DNA of 64,000 nt from Thermoplasmata archaeon (GTDB lineage: Archaea; Thermoplasmatota; E2; JACPAO01; JAHFTW01), in NCBI GenBank assembly GCA_034667725.1, contig JAXDQS010000003.1, positions 32,001 through 96,000 of the forward strand, given 5' to 3'. The notes under the pieces were generated by a model. It was not told the origin of the DNA. It was given only the letters and a program-made list of their open reading frames with translations, and ran no database searches. The translations under genes and the position numbers were made by a program. Positions 59,644 through 64,000 of the stretch are shown here, piece after piece; the stretch's first letter is position 1, and each line of letters begins with the position of its first letter.

Positions 59644-60492
59644 CTACGCTTCGCCAGTGCAGACGACGAGCAGCGTGAACTCCTGCTGCGCGACCAAGTC
59701 GCCGCTGCCCGGGCCCACTTGCCAGTCGTGCAGGCCGGGCAGGACGGCGGCTTGCAGCTGGAGGTCGGGGCCGCCAGTGGCGTTCGCGATTTCCTTGCCG
59801 TCGCGCCCCAGCCAAAGCTGAAGGGTCTCGGCCCCGCCCGGCGCAGGCGTCCAGCCGAGCGTCAGCGTGCATTGAGCCGAGTCCTGGGGCGCCACGAACT
59901 CGCCGAGCCTGTCCGACGCGGGCAGAAAGCCGATGCCGAACGCCGTGCCAGCCAGGGTGCCGTTGAACGAGGCGCGGTAGGTCTCCGCCGGCGTGTCGGC
60001 GTCGCGCGACGAGCCCGGCGCCACGATGTCCTTGAAGCCGCCGGCCACCAGCAGCGCGACCACGCCGAACAGCGCGACCATCGCGACCACGGCGATGATG
60101 GCGCCCTTGCCGTTCTTGGAGGGCGGCGGAGGCGGCGGCACGACGGCCTTGCGGCTGGCCGTGCGCGCGGGCGCGGCGCCCGTGGCGGTTTCGGCAGGGG
60201 CGCCGCGCGCGGCGATGCTGCGCTCCAGGGCGCGGCGGCCGCGGGCGCCGCCGCCGGCCAAGAGCACGGCCGCGACGATGGCAAGCAGCAGGCCGGCGCC
60301 GGCGCCGATGAGGCCGTACAGGACCATCTGCTGGTTGATGTCGCCCTCCTGGCCGTCGTAGAACGGGCCCTTGTCGCGGTTGTCGCTTTCCTGGACGTAG
60401 CCGGTCGCCGCCGCGGCCAGGCCGCCGAGCACCAGCACGCACCCGAGGACCAGGAAAATCCCGCCAAACGTCTTGAGCACGCCGCCTGCCAT
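59644..60492 (-). CDS. Hypothetical membrane protein
   Basis: Three TM segments then a soluble domain; shares the TTTTTGA/TCAAAAA box (60515-60522) with the divergent gene. Confidence 0.65.
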   Translation of the reverse strand: MAGGVLKTFGGIFLVLGCVLVLGGLAAAATGYVQESDNRDKGPFYDGQEGDINQQMVLYGLIGAGAGLLLAIVAAVLLAGGGARGRRALERSIAARGAPAETATGAAPARTASRKAVVPPPPPPSKNGKGAIIAVVAMVALFGVVALLVAGGFKDIVAPGSSRDADTPAETYRASFNGTLAGTAFGIGFLPASDRLGEFVAPQDSAQCTLTLGWTPAPGGAETLQLWLGRDGKEIANATGGPDLQLQAAVLPGLHDWQVGPGSGDLVAQQEFTLLVVCTGEA

Positions 60493-60544
60493 TGGCCGGC
60501 CAGACCGGGGTGGGGTCAAAAAGGGCAGGGCTGGTGCGCGCCCC

Positions 60545-62428
60545 ATGCAGGTCCGCAAGGTCACGGTCGTGGGCGCCGGCAACATGGGCTCCGGCATCGC
60601 GCAGGCGTTCGCCGCCGGCGGCTTCGAGGTCACGGTCAACGACGTGTCGCAGGAGGCCATCGCCCGCGGGCTGGAGCGCGTCCGCAAGCCGCTCGAGAAG
60701 CGGGTCGCCGACGGCAAGATGCCCGCCGCCGAGCTGGACGGGCTCATGGGCCGGCTGCGCGCCGAGCCCGACCTGGGCAAGGCGGTCGCCGACGCCGACC
60801 TGGTCGTCGAGGCCGTGTTCGAGGACCTCAAGGTCAAGCGGGACCTGTTCGCCCGGCTCGACGCCGCCGCGCCCGCCAAGGCCGTGCTCGCGACCAACAC
60901 CTCCAGCTTCTACGTCCGCGACCTCGCCGCCGCCACCAAGCGCCCCGACCGCGTCGTCGGATTGCACTTCTTCTTCCCCGCCGCCGTCAACAAGCTGGTC
61001 GAGGTCGTCCAGGCCGACGGCACCAGCCCCGCCGCCTTCCAGGCCGTGTGGGACGCCGCCAAGCGCGCCGGCAAGCTGCCGATCCGCACCGCCGACGCGC
61101 CTGGCTTCGCGGTCAACCGCTTCTTCGTGCCCTGGGTCAACGAGGCCTGCCGCCTGCTGGACGAAGGGGTCGCCGACATCCCCACCATCGAGGCCGCCGC
61201 CAAGGAGGCGTTCCAGATCTCGATGGGCCCGTTCGAACTCATGAACGTCACCGGCGTCCCGATCAGCCTGCACGCCCAGTCGACGCTGCACCGCGAGCTG
61301 GGCGCGTTCTACCAGCCCGCCCAAGCCCTTGTGGGCCAAGTGGAGAAGAAGGCGAACTGGGACCTTGCCGGCGTTCCCGCCGAAGCCAAGAAGGCAGCCG
61401 TCGCCGCCCGCCTGCGGGGGGTTGCCTTCGGCATCGCCTGCCACCTTGTTGCGGACGGGGTCGCCACCCGGCGCGACACCGACCGCGGCGCCACCGTCGG
61501 CCTGCGCTGGGCCGCGGGGCCGTTCGCTATTATTAACCGCCTGGGCACCGCGCAGGCCGCCGCCGAGGTCGGCGCCCTCGCCAAGAAGTGGGGCGCCGCG
61601 TTCCCGATGCCCGCCACCCTCGCCAGCCTCAAGGGCGCGCCGTGGCCGATGCCGGCCGTCGTCCACGAGCTCCTCGACGACGGCCGCGTCGCGCTCGTCA
61701 CGTTCGACCGCCCCGAGGCGCTCAACGCCCTCAGCCCGCCCGTGCTGCGGGACCTTGATGCCTGCCTCGACGCCATCGACAAGGCCGGCACCGTGCGCGC
61801 CGTCGTCCTCACCGGCGAAGGCAAGGCGTTCATCGCCGGCGCCGACATCCCCACGATGCGCGCCATGGACGCCGCCGGCGCCAAGGCCTACACCGAGCTG
61901 GGCAACCGCGTCCTCGACCGGCTGGCGGGCCTGCCCTGCCCGGTCCTGGTGGCGGTCAACGGCTTCGCCTTCGGCGGCGGGCTGGAGCTGGCGCTGTGCG
62001 GCGACCTGCTGTACGCCTCCGACAAGGCGCAGCTCGGCCTGCCCGAGGTGGGCCTCGGCATCCACCCGGGCTTCGGCGGCACCCAGCGCCTGCCTCGCCG
62101 CGTCGGCCTCGGCGCCGCCAAGGAGCTGACGTTCACGGGCCGGACCCTGAGCGCCGCGGAGGCGAAGGCGATCGGCCTGGTCAACGACGTCAAGCCCGCC
62201 GGCGACCTGTTGGAGTTCGTCCTCGGAGTGGCGCGCACGGTCGCCCAGAAGGCGCCGCTCGCGGTGGCCGGCGCCAAGCGCAGCATGGACCGCGGCCTGG
62301 GCGCGGACCTGCCCACCGGGCTGCGCATCGAACAGGACTCCGTCGTCCTGCTGTTTGCGACCAAGGACAAGCAGGAAGGCCTGGACGCGTTCGTGGAGAA
62401 GCGGGCGCCAAGGTTCGTCGGGAAGTAG
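60545..62428 (+). CDS. 3-hydroxyacyl-CoA dehydrogenase / enoyl-CoA hydratase fusion (HAD N-terminal)
   Basis: GAGNMG, ATNTSS, GLHFF, PGFAVNR; C-terminal AGADI, GGGLEL, LPEVGLG, GGTQRL. Confidence 0.93.
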   Translation: MQVRKVTVVGAGNMGSGIAQAFAAGGFEVTVNDVSQEAIARGLERVRKPLEKRVADGKMPAAELDGLMGRLRAEPDLGKAVADADLVVEAVFEDLKVKRDLFARLDAAAPAKAVLATNTSSFYVRDLAAATKRPDRVVGLHFFFPAAVNKLVEVVQADGTSPAAFQAVWDAAKRAGKLPIRTADAPGFAVNRFFVPWVNEACRLLDEGVADIPTIEAAAKEAFQISMGPFELMNVTGVPISLHAQSTLHRELGAFYQPAQALVGQVEKKANWDLAGVPAEAKKAAVAARLRGVAFGIACHLVADGVATRRDTDRGATVGLRWAAGPFAIINRLGTAQAAAEVGALAKKWGAAFPMPATLASLKGAPWPMPAVVHELLDDGRVALVTFDRPEALNALSPPVLRDLDACLDAIDKAGTVRAVVLTGEGKAFIAGADIPTMRAMDAAGAKAYTELGNRVLDRLAGLPCPVLVAVNGFAFGGGLELALCGDLLYASDKAQLGLPEVGLGIHPGFGGTQRLPRRVGLGAAKELTFTGRTLSAAEAKAIGLVNDVKPAGDLLEFVLGVARTVAQKAPLAVAGAKRSMDRGLGADLPTGLRIEQDSVVLLFATKDKQEGLDAFVEKRAPRFVGK

Positions 62429-62466
62429 CCGCCAGGCGCCGAGCCGCTTCGCCAGGCGAAGGACCT

Positions 62467-62493
62467 AGGGAAGAAGGAAAGGAGAAGGGGGAG
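62467..62493 (-). terminator. C/U-rich tract after rpoN, probable terminator
   Basis: 27-nt pure purine run on +, 8 nt after the rpoN stop. Confidence 0.5.
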
Positions 62494-62500
62494 TGCCAGC

Positions 62501-62692
62501 CTACTCGTACGGCGCGGCTTCCTTGATCAGGTCCACGTGCGAGATGAGCATCCTGCGGCAGCAGAAGCGCGTCAGCCCGGTGGCGTCGAGCGCCTCCTTG
62601 GACTTCTTGCCCTTCGCGACCGCCTGGGTGTACTGCTCGTACGCGGAGCCGACGACCTTGCCGCACGTGAAGCAGCGAACCGGAATGATCAT
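62501..62692 (-). CDS. rpoN: DNA-directed RNA polymerase subunit N (Rpo10)
   Basis: MIIPVRCFTCGK...RFCCRRML. Confidence 0.97.
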   Translation of the reverse strand: MIIPVRCFTCGKVVGSAYEQYTQAVAKGKKSKEALDATGLTRFCCRRMLISHVDLIKEAAPYE

Positions 62693-62696
62693 CCGG

Positions 62697-63101
62697 TCAC
62701 CTGTAGGACTTCTGGCGCTTCTTGCGGGCGCCGCGGCCGAGGGGCTTCTTGCTCTCCTTGACGCGCGTGTCGTTGACAAGCAGGGTGCGGTCGTACGCCA
62801 GGTACTGCTCCTTGAGCTCGGCGTCCTCGGTGTACTCGAGGATGGCGCGGGCGATGGCGGTGCGGACCGCGTCGGCCTGGCCCATGATGCCGCCGCCGCT
62901 GACGGAGACCTGGATGTCCAGCTTCTCCGCCTTCTTGCCGGCGATGAAGACGGGCTCGCCCATCTTCATGCGCACGAGGGCGGGCTCGACGATCTCGAGG
63001 GGGACGCGGTTGACGCGGATCTTGCCGTCGCCCTTGAGGGCGGTGGCGCGGGCGACCGCGGTCTTGCGCTTGCCGGAGGTGTTGACGACTTTCTTGGCCA
63101 T
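62697..63101 (-). CDS. rps9: 30S ribosomal protein S9 (uS9)
   Basis: SGKRKTAVARA, GGGIMGQA, QKSYR. Confidence 0.97.
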   Translation of the reverse strand: MAKKVVNTSGKRKTAVARATALKGDGKIRVNRVPLEIVEPALVRMKMGEPVFIAGKKAEKLDIQVSVSGGGIMGQADAVRTAIARAILEYTEDAELKEQYLAYDRTLLVNDTRVKESKKPLGRGARKKRQKSYR

Positions 63102-63104
63102 GGG

Positions 63105-63593
63105 TTACGCCTCCACGAGCTTCTGGGCGCGGTTGCTGCCGAGCCAGCCGGAGATCTCCGCCACCGTGAGGTAGGTGCGGGCGGCGCGCTTGGCGGCCGG
63201 CAGGTCGAGGGCCTTCTGGCCCGCCAGTTCCTTGGGGACGCCGATGTGCGCCTTGATGCGCTTGTAGGCGGCGCGGCCGGCGGACGACTGGTAGTTGATC
63301 ATGCCGCGGCAGGTGCGCTTGACCATGAGGTGGGGCTCGCGGGGGAAGAACGGGCCCTTGCGCATGGTGCCGACGTGGCGCTTCTGGAGGTAGTGCTCCT
63401 GGATCGCCTTCTTGCTCGAGCCCACGACGATGGCGCGCTCGGCGTTGACGATGTGGACCTCGTCGCCCTCGATGGCGTGCTTGGCCACGTGGGTGGCCAT
63501 GCGGCCGAGGACCAGGCCGGTGGCGTCGATGACGACGACGTTGCGGGTGGTGCCGATGGTGGGCACGGGATTGTAGTGCTTGGCTCCGGACAT
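63105..63593 (-). CDS. rpl13: 50S ribosomal protein L13 (uL13)
   Basis: IDATGLVLGRMA, VNAE, GPFFPREP, RGM. Confidence 0.95.
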   Translation of the reverse strand: MSGAKHYNPVPTIGTTRNVVVIDATGLVLGRMATHVAKHAIEGDEVHIVNAERAIVVGSSKKAIQEHYLQKRHVGTMRKGPFFPREPHLMVKRTCRGMINYQSSAGRAAYKRIKAHIGVPKELAGQKALDLPAAKRAARTYLTVAEISGWLGSNRAQKLVEA

Positions 63594-63597
63594 CAAA

Positions 63598-63966
63598 TCA
63601 CCCGAGGATCCTGCAGTTCTGGCCCTTCGGGAAGCTCTTGACGCCCTCGCTGAGGGTCAGGACCTTGCCGCCGGCCTTGGCGATCTTGGCCTTCGCGGAC
63701 GCGGAGGCGCTGAACGCGATGACGGTCACGGCCTTCGTGACCTCGCCGTCGCCCAGGAGCTTGCCGGCGATGACGGCGTTCTCGCCGTCGCGCAGGTTCT
63801 CGTTCAGCTTGCTGACGTTGACCTGTGCCCAGTTGCGCGACGGCTTCTCCAAGCGGGAAGCGATGTCTCGCCACAGGGGGGCCTCGTTCGAGCGGCCTGC
63901 GGTGTACAGGTCGCCGATCAGGGCCACGAGCACAGGGTTCGACTTGCGGTCGACTCCAGTTGCCAT
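63598..63966 (-). CDS. rpl18e: 50S ribosomal protein L18e
   Basis: KSNPVL, VNVSKL, GKLLGDG, SASAKAKIAKAGG. Confidence 0.95.
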   Translation of the reverse strand: MATGVDRKSNPVLVALIGDLYTAGRSNEAPLWRDIASRLEKPSRNWAQVNVSKLNENLRDGENAVIAGKLLGDGEVTKAVTVIAFSASASAKAKIAKAGGKVLTLSEGVKSFPKGQNCRILG

Positions 63967-64000
63967 TGTGACTCACACTCGACATTGCGCCGGTCGGTGC

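Overview
This is a high-GC (about 70-75% by eye) archaeal chromosome segment. Archaeal markers are gatD/gatE, elp3, archease and the rpl18e-rpl13-rps9-rpoN cluster. Gene content suggests a high-GC Thermoplasmatota lineage (inference). About 55 real CDS are present; most other long ORFs in the track are GC-driven shadow frames. Housekeeping genes: mutY, pgk, sucC/sucD, trkA/trkH, elp3, gatDE, maf, a fused HAD/ECH beta-oxidation enzyme and ribosomal genes. One tRNA-Val(GAC) lies on the minus strand at 33812-33884. Notable accessory content: (1) a family of intergenic palindromic repeats with 9-nt-periodic arms, as a 3-unit array at 25559-25827 and a degenerate copy at 30012-30133; (2) a membrane Hanks-type kinase, an HTH-FHA regulator and a Cys-rich secreted protein next to the tRNA 3' end; (3) a thiol-redox/CcmF cluster containing an apparently circularly permuted Omp28/DUF1223-type thioredoxin; (4) four tandem paralogous surface proteins with divergent nidogen-like tips and stalks of different length; (5) sucC and sucD split by two genes, with an identical CTTATC-N6-CCAAGT promoter motif upstream of three of the four genes. 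All calls come from reading motifs by eye; no database searches were run.
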